Part shown: positions 46,808 to 56,180 of the stretch, one piece after another
How the letters are laid out: the number at the start of each line of letters is the position of its first letter
Numbering within the stretch: the first letter of the stretch is position 1
Assembly: GCA_041662485.1 (NCBI GenBank)
Contig: JBAZSJ010000026.1
Coordinates: 1,358 to 65,357, forward strand
Direction of reading: 5' to 3'
DNA from: Opitutaceae bacterium
GTDB lineage: Bacteria > Verrucomicrobiota > Verrucomicrobiia > Opitutales > Opitutaceae
Length of the DNA: 64,000 nt
Made by a program: the position numbers and the translations under genes
Notes under the pieces: generated by a model
What the model saw: the letters and a program-made list of their open reading frames with translations, nothing else
Told to the model about the DNA's origin: nothing
The model's database searches: none

Positions 46808-49168
46808 ATGAAATTTCGCGAACGCATCTTCGAAATCCTTCGTCAGCCGGGTTACCGGCCCGGCACCGTCCTCGACCTTTCCCGCGCCCTCGGCCTCAAC
46901 AAAAAACAGCGCCCCCAACTCGCCCACGAAATCAAGGGCATGCTCTCCAAGGGCGATCTCGCCCTTGTCAAAGGCGACCGCATCGCGCTCCCCGGCTCCT
47001 CCGCATCGGGCTCGCCCGGAGGCCGGACCTCCCGGTCCGGCTCGTCCGCCCACCCCGCTACTTTCTCCCCCTCGCGCCAGTCGCGCGACCGCGCGACCGA
47101 CCGCGACACCGAAACCCTCAACGGCCGCATCATGTTTCGCCAAGGCGGCTCCGCCTTCGTGATTCCCGCAAAGACCGGCGACGATCCCGACCCCGACGCC
47201 ATCCAGATTTTCCCCGAGGACACCGGCCTTGCCCTTCACGGCGACACCGTCGAGATCGCCGTCAATCCCGGCATCCGCCAGCGCCGCGACGGCAAGGGCA
47301 CCGAGCGCACCGGCCGCGTCCTCCGCGTCGTCGAACACGCCCGCACCACCATCGTCGGCAACCTCCAAAAAATCCGCAGCACCTACTACGTCCGCCCCGA
47401 CGATCCCCGCATCATCCACGACATCGGCGTCGGTGATCCCGCCACCGGAAAACTCAAGCCCGCGCCCACGACCGGCGACAAGGTCATCGTCAAACTCGCC
47501 CCGTGGACCCAGCGCAACAAGATGATCGAGGGTGAGATCATCGAACGCCTCGGCAAGACCTTCGAGCCGCGCGCCGAACTCGCCGGCATCTACCACAAGT
47601 TCAACCTCGATCCTACCTTCCCCATCGAGGTCGAGCGCGAGGTCGCCGCCCTCCCTGACTCCGTCCGCCCTCAGGACATCGTCGGCCGCCTCGACTACCG
47701 CGAGATCCCCACCTTCACGATCGACCCCGACGACGCCAAGGACTTCGACGACGCTCTTTCCATCGAATCCCTCCCCAACGGCGACACCCGCATCGGCGTC
47801 CACATCGCCGATGTCTCCGCCTACGTCAAAACCGGCACCGCCCTAGACAAGGAGGCCCAGCGCCGCGGCAACTCCACTTACCTCGTTGGCACGGTCATCC
47901 CGATGCTGCCCGAAAAACTGTCCAACGGCCTCTGCTCCCTCGTGGAAGCGCAGGACCGGTTGACCAAGGCCACGCTCCTCACCTTCGACCCCAAGGGTCG
48001 CCTCAAGCCCGAGGCCACCACCTACGCCAACACCGTCATCCGCAGCCGCAAGCGCCTCACCTACAAACAGGCCTACGCGCTGCTCTTCGAGAAGAGCCTC
48101 GATAAAATCCGCGCCTTTCCGCTTCCGCCCAAACACCAGACCGGCTCGACCGGACGCGCGCTCAATTCGCTCACCGACGACGAACTCAACGACCTCCAGG
48201 CCGGCGTGCGTCTTCTCTGGAAACTCGCCAGCAAGCTCCGTCGCGACCGCATGACCAACGGCAGTCTCGACCTCGACATGCCCGAGACGAAGGTCTTCGT
48301 GGACGCCGAGGGCTACGCCGATCGCCTCGAAAAAATCGAGCACGACGAAAGCCACCAGCTCATCGAGGAGTTCATGCTCGCGGCCAACGAAGCCGTCGCC
48401 CGCCTCTCGCGCACCAAAAGCCTGCCGTCGCTCTACCGCGTCCACGACGAGCCCGACCCAGAAAAACTCGCCGAGCTGCGCGAGTTCCTCGCCACGTTCC
48501 ATGTCAAAACCGGCGACCTCACCAAGCGCGAAGAAATCGTCCAGCTCCTGCGCACCCTCGGAAAACATCCGCAGGGCTACACGTTGCGCACCCAGCTCCT
48601 CCGCAGCCTGAAAAAAGCCTGCTACCGCGGCACGCCCGACGGCCACTTCGGCCTCGCGAAAAACGACTACACCCACTTCACGTCGCCCATCCGCCGCTAC
48701 TCCGACCTCGTCGTCCACCGCGTGCTGGATCAATACCTCATCAAGTTCGAAGGCTACGCCGCCCCCGCCAACTACCGATTCGACTACACCGCCGCCAAGA
48801 TGGTGACCCTCGGCGAACACCTGAGCCTCACCGAGATCAACTCCACCGAGGCCGAGCGCGAGAGTGTGAAGATCAAGCTCCTCGAATTCTTCGAGCGCGA
48901 ACTCGCCAAGGAAACGAAGACGATCTTCGCCGCCGTGATCACCGACGTCCGTCCGCACGGCCTTTTCATCGAGCTGACCGAGTCCATGACCTTCGGATTC
49001 CTGCCGACCGCCTCGCTGCCCGACGATATCTACAATCCCAACTCCGCCGTCACCGCCCTCATCGGCCGCCGCACCAAGAAAACCTTCGAACTGGGTGGTA
49101 AGGTCGACGTGATCGTGGACAAGGTGGACCGTTTCAAGCGCATGATAGACTTCCGCCTCGCGGGTTGA
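46808..49168 (+). CDS. rnr: Ribonuclease R
   Basis: N-terminal wHTH, TIDPDDAKDFDDA, HIADVS, LIEEFML, HFTSPIRRYSDL and C-terminal S1. Confidence 0.95.
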   Translation: MKFRERIFEILRQPGYRPGTVLDLSRALGLNKKQRPQLAHEIKGMLSKGDLALVKGDRIALPGSSASGSPGGRTSRSGSSAHPATFSPSRQSRDRATDRDTETLNGRIMFRQGGSAFVIPAKTGDDPDPDAIQIFPEDTGLALHGDTVEIAVNPGIRQRRDGKGTERTGRVLRVVEHARTTIVGNLQKIRSTYYVRPDDPRIIHDIGVGDPATGKLKPAPTTGDKVIVKLAPWTQRNKMIEGEIIERLGKTFEPRAELAGIYHKFNLDPTFPIEVEREVAALPDSVRPQDIVGRLDYREIPTFTIDPDDAKDFDDALSIESLPNGDTRIGVHIADVSAYVKTGTALDKEAQRRGNSTYLVGTVIPMLPEKLSNGLCSLVEAQDRLTKATLLTFDPKGRLKPEATTYANTVIRSRKRLTYKQAYALLFEKSLDKIRAFPLPPKHQTGSTGRALNSLTDDELNDLQAGVRLLWKLASKLRRDRMTNGSLDLDMPETKVFVDAEGYADRLEKIEHDESHQLIEEFMLAANEAVARLSRTKSLPSLYRVHDEPDPEKLAELREFLATFHVKTGDLTKREEIVQLLRTLGKHPQGYTLRTQLLRSLKKACYRGTPDGHFGLAKNDYTHFTSPIRRYSDLVVHRVLDQYLIKFEGYAAPANYRFDYTAAKMVTLGEHLSLTEINSTEAERESVKIKLLEFFERELAKETKTIFAAVITDVRPHGLFIELTESMTFGFLPTASLPDDIYNPNSAVTALIGRRTKKTFELGGKVDVIVDKVDRFKRMIDFRLAG
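47018..47039 (+). repeat. REP family E copy embedded in frame in rnr
   Basis: ggaggccggacctcccggtccg matches intergenic 49211-49232 at 21/22 and 8772-8793 at 20/22. Confidence 0.8.
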
Positions 49169-49210
49169 AACGAATCGCCGCCGTGTCGTAGACCTGAACT
49201 GGTCCGAAAT

Positions 49211-49232
49211 GGAGCCCGGACCTCCCGGTCCG
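49211..49232 (+). repeat. REP family E single copy downstream of rnr
   Basis: ggagcccggacctcccggtccg. Confidence 0.75.
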
Positions 49233-49339
49233 GTCCGCCCCAGTTTCCGCCCCCGCAAAAATCGTCCGACGCTTTGCATCTTGACGCCTCACCGTTTCAA
49301 TCCGGTGCAGTCTCTCAACCCCCAACTTTACCGCCCGCC

Positions 49340-49870
49340 ATGTCCCACTACGCCTTCGCCCAGACTTTCCGCTCGCTCTACGAAAAGGCCGTCGCCCTCT
49401 ACGCCCAAGGCCGTCGCGGCGCCGACACCTATTTCACACCCGCTGAAACCGCCTGGCTTTCCGCCAACGGACTCACCGCGCAATATCTCTACGACTACGC
49501 CGAGGATCAGACCAATTACGGCGAACCCGGCTACGACAACGCACTCGGCATCGAACTCCTCCGCCGCGATTACTTTCTGAACATCCAGCACGGCAAACCC
49601 ACCGGCAAGATCGCCGATCCCTCGACCTGGCCGGCCAAGGACGCCGCCATCAAAGGTGTTGTCTGGCTCCCCCGCATTCTCCCAAAAGCCCGCGCCAAGC
49701 TCCTCGGCGAACTTCCTTCGTCCACGATGTATGGCTGCGGCGGTGACCGCCAATTTTTCATAACCAACGACATCAACCCCGCCGAATTCCTGAACCTCGT
49801 CTGGCGAAACTTCGCCAACGATCAGGCCATCATCGACTGGGTCGTCCGTCGCAGCGCGGCAAACGCCTGA
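49340..49870 (+). CDS. DUF5069-like protein
   Basis: GVVWLPRILPKARA...YGCGGDRQF motif resembles DUF5069 (recalled, not searched). Confidence 0.65.
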   Translation: MSHYAFAQTFRSLYEKAVALYAQGRRGADTYFTPAETAWLSANGLTAQYLYDYAEDQTNYGEPGYDNALGIELLRRDYFLNIQHGKPTGKIADPSTWPAKDAAIKGVVWLPRILPKARAKLLGELPSSTMYGCGGDRQFFITNDINPAEFLNLVWRNFANDQAIIDWVVRRSAANA

Positions 49871-49878
49871 TTCCGAAA

Positions 49879-50008
49879 GGTAGGGACGGACCGCTGGGCC
49901 GTCCGGCTTGAATGTGGGAGCGAGCTTGCTCGCGAGGATCGAACATCGCGAGCAAGCTCGCTCCCACGTAGGAACCAATCGCGGCGGTCCCAGCGGTCCC
50001 GCCCTACC
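49879..50008. repeat. Nested REP cluster B(+) A(+) A(-) B(-)
   Basis: B arm 49879-49904, A doublet 49914-49967, closing B arm ending at 50008. Confidence 0.88.
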
Positions 50009-50029
50009 TCGAACAAGAATTCATGACAC

Positions 50030-50054
50030 AAAAAAACCCGCCGTTGTCGGCGGG
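50030..50054 (-). terminator. Intrinsic terminator of rpmJ-rpmE2
   Basis: 7-bp GC stem cccgccg/cggcggg with a 4-nt loop, followed by U7 on the minus strand. Confidence 0.85.
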
Positions 50055-50082
50055 CTTTCGAAAAACGTCGTGCGACGAAGGC

Positions 50083-50337
50083 TTACTTGGCCTTCGAGCT
50101 GCGCTTGAACTTCGAGGTGAACTTCTCGACGCGGCCGGCGGTGTCGACGATGCGCTTCTCGCCGGTGTAGGCGGGGTGCGAATCAGACGTCACGTCGCGG
50201 AGGACGATGAAAAACTCTTCGCCATCAATGACTTCCTTACGGGCGGATTTCATCGTGGACTTGGTCAGGAAGCGCTTGCCGCTCGATACGTCGAGGAAGC
50301 AAACATTGTTGAGAGAGGGATGGCCTTCGGTTTTCAC
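50083..50337 (-). CDS. rpmE2: 50S ribosomal protein L31, type B (Zn-independent)
   Basis: MKTEGHP...FLDVSSGKRFLTKST...DVTSDSHPAYTG...DTAGRVEKF. Confidence 0.93.
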   Translation of the reverse strand: MKTEGHPSLNNVCFLDVSSGKRFLTKSTMKSARKEVIDGEEFFIVLRDVTSDSHPAYTGEKRIVDTAGRVEKFTSKFKRSSKAK

Positions 50338-50356
50338 GGCTTGTAAATGGAGTTAA

Positions 50357-50482
50357 TTAACCCTGACGCGCCTTGTAGCGGGGTTCGACCTTGTTGATCA
50401 CGTAGATACGGCCCTTGCGGCGAACCACTTGGCAGGCAGGGTGACGCTTCTTCGCGGATTTGATGGAGGAGACGACTTTCAT
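50357..50482 (-). CDS. rpmJ: 50S ribosomal protein L36, type B
   Basis: [41 protein letters not shown]. Confidence 0.95.
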   Translation of the reverse strand: MKVVSSIKSAKKRHPACQVVRRKGRIYVINKVEPRYKARQG

Positions 50483-50515
50483 AAAAGGGACGAAAACACC
50501 GTTTGCGCACACCCC

Positions 50516-50521
50516 TGTCAA
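50516..50521 (-). promoter_or_regulatory. Possible sigma70 -35 hexamer for rpmJ-rpmE2
   Basis: Perfect TTGACA about 34 nt upstream of the rpmJ ATG; the -10 (TGTTTT at 17 nt spacing) is weak. Confidence 0.35.
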
Positions 50522-50544
50522 CGGAAATGTTGGCGAGATAGTTT

Positions 50545-51294
50545 TTACCCCACGAACTGCACCCACGCGTTGTTCAAAACGTGGATGCCGAGAGGTGCCA
50601 GAATCGAACCCGTTTTCTCGTAGGACCAGGCAAGGATCATTCCCACCGCGCATCCTGGCAGCGCTTTCATCGGATCGTTATGGCTGATGTGCAGGAGTCC
50701 AAACACGACGGAACTGATCAACGCTGCCTCGAAGAATCCCAGTCTGGCGCGGATGACCTGAAACAGGGTGAGGCGGAACAGGATCTCTTCGAGGATGCAA
50801 GTGATGACCGTGGCATGCACGATCTGCCACACCGTTTGATGGCCTTCCCTGTAAACGTCTCCGGGATAAATGTAGCAGACGTAAAACAAGAACCCGATTA
50901 GGTAAACAGCTCCGAAACCGCCAAGGACGTAGTTCGCTAGCCGGAGCGGGTGAATTGCGGTGGACGATTGCCAGAGGCGCTTGGGGCCGTAGCAGACGAC
51001 GGCGAAGGCGATGTAGATGAGGTCCTGCGCATGCCTGACCCCGAAATAGAGCGAATCCACAAAGTGGCCAAATTCGCCCGCTCGCGCCGACGTGTGGAAA
51101 GGAATGCCTAACAGTGCAACGGTGCCGTCCTTTTCACTATAGCTTATCCACAGTTGGGGTAAAAACAGGAGGCAGAGCCAGACGACAGCCGATCCCAAGA
51201 GCAGGCAGTAGCGGAGCCGAAATTCACTCCATGGCGGAACGCGGAGGCAGGAGGTTAAAGTAGGCAGAAAAAATGGAGTAAACGCTGCCTTCAA
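50545..51294 (-). CDS. CPBP (CAAX protease/Abi) family intramembrane metalloprotease
   Basis: EEILFR, FGLLH and H..NN motifs with multiple TM segments; start uncertain. Confidence 0.85.
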   Translation of the reverse strand: MKAAFTPFFLPTLTSCLRVPPWSEFRLRYCLLLGSAVVWLCLLFLPQLWISYSEKDGTVALLGIPFHTSARAGEFGHFVDSLYFGVRHAQDLIYIAFAVVCYGPKRLWQSSTAIHPLRLANYVLGGFGAVYLIGFLFYVCYIYPGDVYREGHQTVWQIVHATVITCILEEILFRLTLFQVIRARLGFFEAALISSVVFGLLHISHNDPMKALPGCAVGMILAWSYEKTGSILAPLGIHVLNNAWVQFVG

Positions 51295-51310
51295 CTAATT
51301 AGCGCATTTT

Positions 51311-52963
51311 TCAATTGTTTGTATATCCAAGCCAGAATTTATCCCTAGGATAAATCAATTGAACTATGTGTTGCTGTAAAGTGAGTTGATTTAAATTATT
51401 CGCGCCATCAATACTAACTAGTTTCAGTGCTATCTCTGCCATAATTTGAACATCCGGCTGCGCGCCGTCAGGTGCTGCCATTAACAAGGCCTTATCAATC
51501 GAGCCTGATTTCACATATGCTAGAGCAGCTGTTTGTTTACTGTTACCGGTTAATTTTTCCGCCAATAACTCAAAAGATTCTTGGGCAGAAATAGGCTTAA
51601 ATACCCCTAACTGAGCCACAAGGGAGTGAATGGCTTTAGAATACTGTTCAATTCTTATATATAAGTTAGCAACGCCAAGGAGAGATGAATACGTGGTTAA
51701 AGAGCAATTTGCTGCACTTGCAAAAAGAACAGCCTGGTCCAATGCGTCGCAGGCTTTTTGATTTAACCCCATCTCTGCATAAGCCCCCGCCGCATTACTG
51801 AATCTATCAACTTGAATATGAGTAAAAAAATCATTGTCATAATTTCCGCGCGGCTGCTTTAAAATAAATTCATAAATCGAATTATTGAGCCGGTCGGATA
51901 CTTTTCTATTCCCTATTAATTCATAACCACCAGCGATCTTTGACATGATTGTAATCCAATCATCAATGTTATCCCGAGAAGTCGGCATGCCTGCTTTAAA
52001 GCATGACTCGGCCTTATCGGATTCCCCATTTTTTGCATATATTACTCCAGCGTGAACTAATAATTTTTTATCCGCCCGTATATTTTGTTCATTCTCGGCC
52101 AATAAATAGTCTGCTTTTGAGCGCTCACCTAAAGATGCGAATTTTGAGGCCAGCATCATCTCTGCTTCTATAAATGAATTACCCTCATTTTTAAACCCTT
52201 GGATACTTTCAAGAAACCTGCCGTAGACCTGAATGGAATAAATCGGTTGGTTTTTCACCGTGCTTAATTCCGCCAAACTCTTAGTGGAAAACCAAATAAA
52301 ATGCGTTTCGTTAAATAGTTTTTTGTTTATTAAGGCCAACGCCCTATCAGTTTCCCCGCTTTTCGCTAATTGTGCCGCGATTAAATATTTCACATTAATT
52401 CTATTATAATTAATAATATTATTATCGGAATCAGGGATCTTTTTAAAAACTTCTAAAGCTAAGGACATATATTTTCCAGCCACGTCTCGCTCTCCCCTCA
52501 TCATTAACTGATTATAAATCGCCAAGAGTATTTCAATGTCGCGATTATTACCGTATCCACTGATCGAAATAAAATATGCACATTGAATTGGATCTAATTC
52601 AGCTGAGGCAAGCGCCCTCAAAGTCCCCTCCATCTCTGCGAATTGTTTCAGTGATAAATCACAAGTATTAACCCTCCCCGAAACCAAATCTACTGCAATT
52701 TGTGTCGACGGGTATTTTGTGATGATTTCATTCAAATTACTTTTCGCAACTTCATAGTATTGATTTAATAAGCTATCATAAGTGCCGTGACCCACTTTTG
52801 CATTTTGCATTGCCTGAACGGCTTTTACATAAAGAAGATTTGCGGCAGCATTAAGATCGGAAGGTGAAGCAGGGGCACTCGTGGCATCCTTGGAATCAGA
52901 GCAGCCTGATAGCGTTAATATTAATAACAAACCGACCAGCAATAATCGGAATTTAATTTTCAT
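51311..52963 (-). CDS. AT-rich lipoprotein with TPR-like helical repeats
   Basis: Lipobox LTLSG|C at residue 21; repeated A..YA..G....A helical pattern; GC far below the flanks. Confidence 0.8.
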   Translation of the reverse strand: MKIKFRLLLVGLLLILTLSGCSDSKDATSAPASPSDLNAAANLLYVKAVQAMQNAKVGHGTYDSLLNQYYEVAKSNLNEIITKYPSTQIAVDLVSGRVNTCDLSLKQFAEMEGTLRALASAELDPIQCAYFISISGYGNNRDIEILLAIYNQLMMRGERDVAGKYMSLALEVFKKIPDSDNNIINYNRINVKYLIAAQLAKSGETDRALALINKKLFNETHFIWFSTKSLAELSTVKNQPIYSIQVYGRFLESIQGFKNEGNSFIEAEMMLASKFASLGERSKADYLLAENEQNIRADKKLLVHAGVIYAKNGESDKAESCFKAGMPTSRDNIDDWITIMSKIAGGYELIGNRKVSDRLNNSIYEFILKQPRGNYDNDFFTHIQVDRFSNAAGAYAEMGLNQKACDALDQAVLFASAANCSLTTYSSLLGVANLYIRIEQYSKAIHSLVAQLGVFKPISAQESFELLAEKLTGNSKQTAALAYVKSGSIDKALLMAAPDGAQPDVQIMAEIALKLVSIDGANNLNQLTLQQHIVQLIYPRDKFWLGYTNN

Positions 52964-53048
52964 AATTTGAATTCAGACGCCATCCATTGCCAAAAAAAGA
53001 ACAGGTTTACACCTATCAATAAAATGAAATATAGTTATCATATATTTA

Positions 53049-53306
53049 TCAGCACATACTCCAAGTATTCGTATATATATTTAATGACAGAGAACCACGG
53101 GCTAGATTTTCATCAACCTGACTCAGAGCTGGTAACAGTTTTTCAGCCTCACTCCAAGAAAGTGATTCGATGTCCTTGGCTTCGAAAACCATTCCAGTAA
53201 GTGCGAAAACGATAATACAATTCCCGTCAGAGCGAATCCAATTTATGTATCGGGCTTCTTGAGGTGCATTTTTAACAGCACTAGCAAATATCACAATTTT
53301 AGTCAT
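53049..53306 (-). CDS. Small AT-rich hypothetical ORF or gene remnant
   Basis: 85-aa ORF in the low-GC islet, co-oriented with the lipoprotein gene; no motif. Confidence 0.35.
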   Translation of the reverse strand: MTKIVIFASAVKNAPQEARYINWIRSDGNCIIVFALTGMVFEAKDIESLSWSEAEKLLPALSQVDENLARGSLSLNIYTNTWSMC

Positions 53307-53433
53307 AACTTTATGGATAATAGTAGCTCGGGCAAGATTTCGACTTTATTATTTCGCTTGGATAGCGCCCGTTTCATTTTGTTACTCTGGCCTATGGTGA
53401 CGCAGTTTTAAAAGTGCCCAATATGCTCTCCGC

Positions 53434-53994
53434 TCAGTTGAGACTCGGATCCTCGGGTTCGTTGGCGAGCAGCTTCCATTCGTGATCAATTTGCCCGAGC
53501 AGATCGCGCCAAAGACGTTCGTCCGGCTTGTCATCCAACAGGTCGGCCACCAACGGACTTACCACCCACGTGTTCTGCTTCATCTCGTTTTCCAGCTGAC
53601 CGCCTGTCCAGCCGGCGTAACCAAGAAAGGCGCGCAGATAAACGCCCTCTTCCTGGCTCAGCTCCGTGGCCTTTTCGGGATCGATGCCAAACATGAGCTG
53701 ATAACCGTCCTGTTGGGGATGAGGCCGCCAAGCGCAAAGAATCACCTGCGATGTCTGCACCGGACCGCCCTCAAAAAGCGGCACCTGCGCAAGCGCTCCC
53801 AGTGCGAAGGCCGGATCCAGTTCGCCGAGGCACTTGCCCGCCGGGCGGTTAAGCACCACGCCCATCGCGCCGTCGGCATCGTGCGTCGACAGCAACACCA
53901 CTGTGCGCCGGAAATGCGGATCCTTCAACGCCGGGTGTGCCAGCAGCAGCGAACCGGCGAGCACGGCGGAGGATTCGGGACGGCGGGCGTTCAT
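53434..53994 (-). CDS. YqgE/AlgH family protein
   Basis: GSLLLAHPAL.DP.F.RTVVLL, GVVLNRP, FEGGPV and FLGYAGW..GQLENE motifs. Confidence 0.93.
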   Translation of the reverse strand: MNARRPESSAVLAGSLLLAHPALKDPHFRRTVVLLSTHDADGAMGVVLNRPAGKCLGELDPAFALGALAQVPLFEGGPVQTSQVILCAWRPHPQQDGYQLMFGIDPEKATELSQEEGVYLRAFLGYAGWTGGQLENEMKQNTWVVSPLVADLLDDKPDERLWRDLLGQIDHEWKLLANEPEDPSLN

Positions 53995-54014
53995 CGGGTG
54001 GCGACGACGGTTTC

Positions 54015-54488
54015 TCAAAGTTTGAGCACCTTCACGCCCGCGTCGGTCAGGAGCGGCTCGACGAGCGGGTCGTTGTTGTAATCGATGCGGTAGCGCACCT
54101 CGGCGATGCCGGAGGCGGCCATGATCTTCGCGCAGTTGATGCACGGAAAATGGGAAACGTAGGCGATGCCGCCCTCGACCGGACTGCCTCGGCGGGCGGC
54201 GTCGGCGATGGCGTTTTGCTCGGCGTGGACCGTCGCCTGCTCGTGGCCGTCGCGGAGCCGCGAGTGGTGCGGCGTGCCCGGGAGAAAGCCGTTGTAGCCG
54301 GCCGCGATGATGCGGTTCTTGCGATCCCCGCCGCTCACGATGACACAGCCCACGTGCAGGCGCTCGCAGGGCGAACGCGTGGCGATGAGCATGGTGGTCG
54401 CCATGAAATAATCGTCCCACGAGGGACGTCCGGGAAATTGCTGGGTGGCTTGGGCGATCAGGTCGACCGCGGAGCACGTTTCGCTCAT
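54015..54488 (-). CDS. dCMP/cytidine deaminase family protein (ComEB-like)
   Basis: RSPC.RLHVGC, GYNG, HAEQNA and PCINC motifs. Confidence 0.9.
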   Translation of the reverse strand: MSETCSAVDLIAQATQQFPGRPSWDDYFMATTMLIATRSPCERLHVGCVIVSGGDRKNRIIAAGYNGFLPGTPHHSRLRDGHEQATVHAEQNAIADAARRGSPVEGGIAYVSHFPCINCAKIMAASGIAEVRYRIDYNNDPLVEPLLTDAGVKVLKL

Positions 54489-54586
54489 GAACGCATCGGT
54501 AGCTCCCGCGCGGAAAAATGCCACACCGAATCGCACCAGCCTCGTAAACGCTTGGCACCCGCCGCGCCCGCCTGCCACGCTGCCCC

Positions 54587-55339
54587 ATGCCTACGCTTCA
54601 GGATCTCGTCACCTATTGCGATGAACGCACGCGCCGCACCGCCTACAAGGATGCCCCCGGCGCGTTCAACGGGCTGCAGGTCGCCAACAACGGCCGCGTC
54701 ACCAAGATCGGCGCCGCCGTCGATGCGGGTGTCGCGCCCTTTCAGCAGGCGGTCGCTGCCGGCGTGGATTTTCTCATCGTTCACCACGGCATGTATTGGG
54801 ACATGCCTCGCCCGCTCACCGGCCCGGCCTACGACCGCGTTTCCACGCTCATGCGCGGCAACTGCGCGCTCTACTCGAATCACCTTCCGCTCGACGGACA
54901 CCCCGAGCTGGGCAACAACGCCCTGCTCGCCCGCCAGCTCGGACTCGATCCCGACCGCCCCTTCCTCGTTCGCGACGGCGAGTCCATCGGTCGCATCGCC
55001 AGCCGCAGCGGCCCGCGTTCCGCGTTGCGCGCCCAACTTGAAAAACTCTATCCGCGCGTCGTCGCCATCGAATACGGTAGCGAAGCGCCCGCGTCCGTCG
55101 CGTTTTGCAGCGGCAGCGGCAACAGCGCCATCCCCGAGCTTTTGCCCGCCGGCGTGGACACGCTCGTGACCGGCGAACTCCGAGAGGAATGGTTTAACAC
55201 CGCCCAGGAGCAGAAGCTCAACCTCTACCTCTGCGGACACTACGCGACCGAAGTTCACGGAGTGAAGGCCCTCGCCGCCGAACTCAGCGCGAAGTTCGGC
55301 CTGCCGTGGGAGTTCATCGCCACGGACAACCCCCTGTAG
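54587..55339 (+). CDS. Nif3-like dinuclear metal centre hexameric protein
   Basis: NGLQV, VHHG, HLPLD.HPELGNN, VTGE and GHYATE motifs. Confidence 0.93.
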   Translation: MPTLQDLVTYCDERTRRTAYKDAPGAFNGLQVANNGRVTKIGAAVDAGVAPFQQAVAAGVDFLIVHHGMYWDMPRPLTGPAYDRVSTLMRGNCALYSNHLPLDGHPELGNNALLARQLGLDPDRPFLVRDGESIGRIASRSGPRSALRAQLEKLYPRVVAIEYGSEAPASVAFCSGSGNSAIPELLPAGVDTLVTGELREEWFNTAQEQKLNLYLCGHYATEVHGVKALAAELSAKFGLPWEFIATDNPL

Positions 55340-55370
55340 GTGTTCACCCCGTTGACCTCGTTCTCACCGC

Positions 55371-56030
55371 GTGCATGCTCGCACGGTGCAACGCCGACTC
55401 GTTCCCGAGCTCCTCGACTCGCTCCCGCCCGATCACCCCGACGCGCTTCACAGCCGGCGCGACTTGCGCGTCATCAACCGCGTGATGGGCAACGCCCCGT
55501 GGTTTCGCGCGGCACTCGCCTCCCGTGTGCGTCCCGGAGAACGCGTGCTCGAACTCGGCTCCGGCACCGGCGAACTCGCCGCGGTTCTTCGCTCCGTCGC
55601 CCCGTTGTTCGACAGCATTGATCGCGTGCCTCGCCCGCCAGCATGGCCCGCCGACGCCCGCTGGCATCAGGCCGACATCATGGAATTCTCAGGCTGGAAC
55701 GATTACGTCGTCGTCATCGGCAATCTCATCCTCCACCACTTCGACGACACCGCCCTCCGCGCCCTCGGCAACGCCATCGGCCCCCACGTCCGCCTGCTCG
55801 TTTTTTCCGAACCCACGCGCAAACGTTTCAACCAGTGGATTTGGAACGTCGCCGCCCCGCTCGGCGGCGCGAACCACGTCACCCGTCACGACGGCCGCGT
55901 GAGCATCGCCGCCGGCTTTCGCCACGACGAACTGCCCCGCGTCCTCGGCCTCGATCCCGCCCTCTGGCATTGGGAAATCACCAACAGCTGGCTCGGCGCC
56001 TACCGGATGATCGCCGAACGCAGATCATGA
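55371..56030 (+). CDS. Class I SAM-dependent methyltransferase (type III PKS-associated type)
   Basis: ELLD...SRRDLRVINRVMG, VLELGSGTG and NLILHHF motifs. Confidence 0.85.
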   Translation: MHARTVQRRLVPELLDSLPPDHPDALHSRRDLRVINRVMGNAPWFRAALASRVRPGERVLELGSGTGELAAVLRSVAPLFDSIDRVPRPPAWPADARWHQADIMEFSGWNDYVVVIGNLILHHFDDTALRALGNAIGPHVRLLVFSEPTRKRFNQWIWNVAAPLGGANHVTRHDGRVSIAAGFRHDELPRVLGLDPALWHWEITNSWLGAYRMIAERRS

Positions 56031-56058
56031 CCAACGCATACTCAAATCCGTTGATCGC

Positions 56059-56150
56059 AGGTAGGGCGGGACCGCTGGGCCCGCCGCGACTAAGGACGCC
56101 TGATTTCATTCGCGTGTCCAACCGGGCGGCCCAGCGGTCCGCCCCTACCT
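56059..56150. repeat. REP family B inverted doublet
   Basis: aggtagggcgggaccgctgggcccgcc ... gggcggcccagcggtccgcccctacct. Confidence 0.85.
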
Positions 56151-56180
56151 TTGATCCCTCAAAAACAAAATGTCTTTGCG

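Noticed and set aside
50530-53430. Prophage or integrative element at the low-GC islet
   Set aside because: No integrase, tRNA target or convincing att direct repeat at either edge.
53434-54588. Apparent 384-aa extended YqgE, and similar ORF-track fusions (8940..10385, 16620..19202, 59591..60826, 60142..61482)
   Set aside because: The upstream parts are off-frame readings of neighbouring genes; family motifs begin at internal ATGs.
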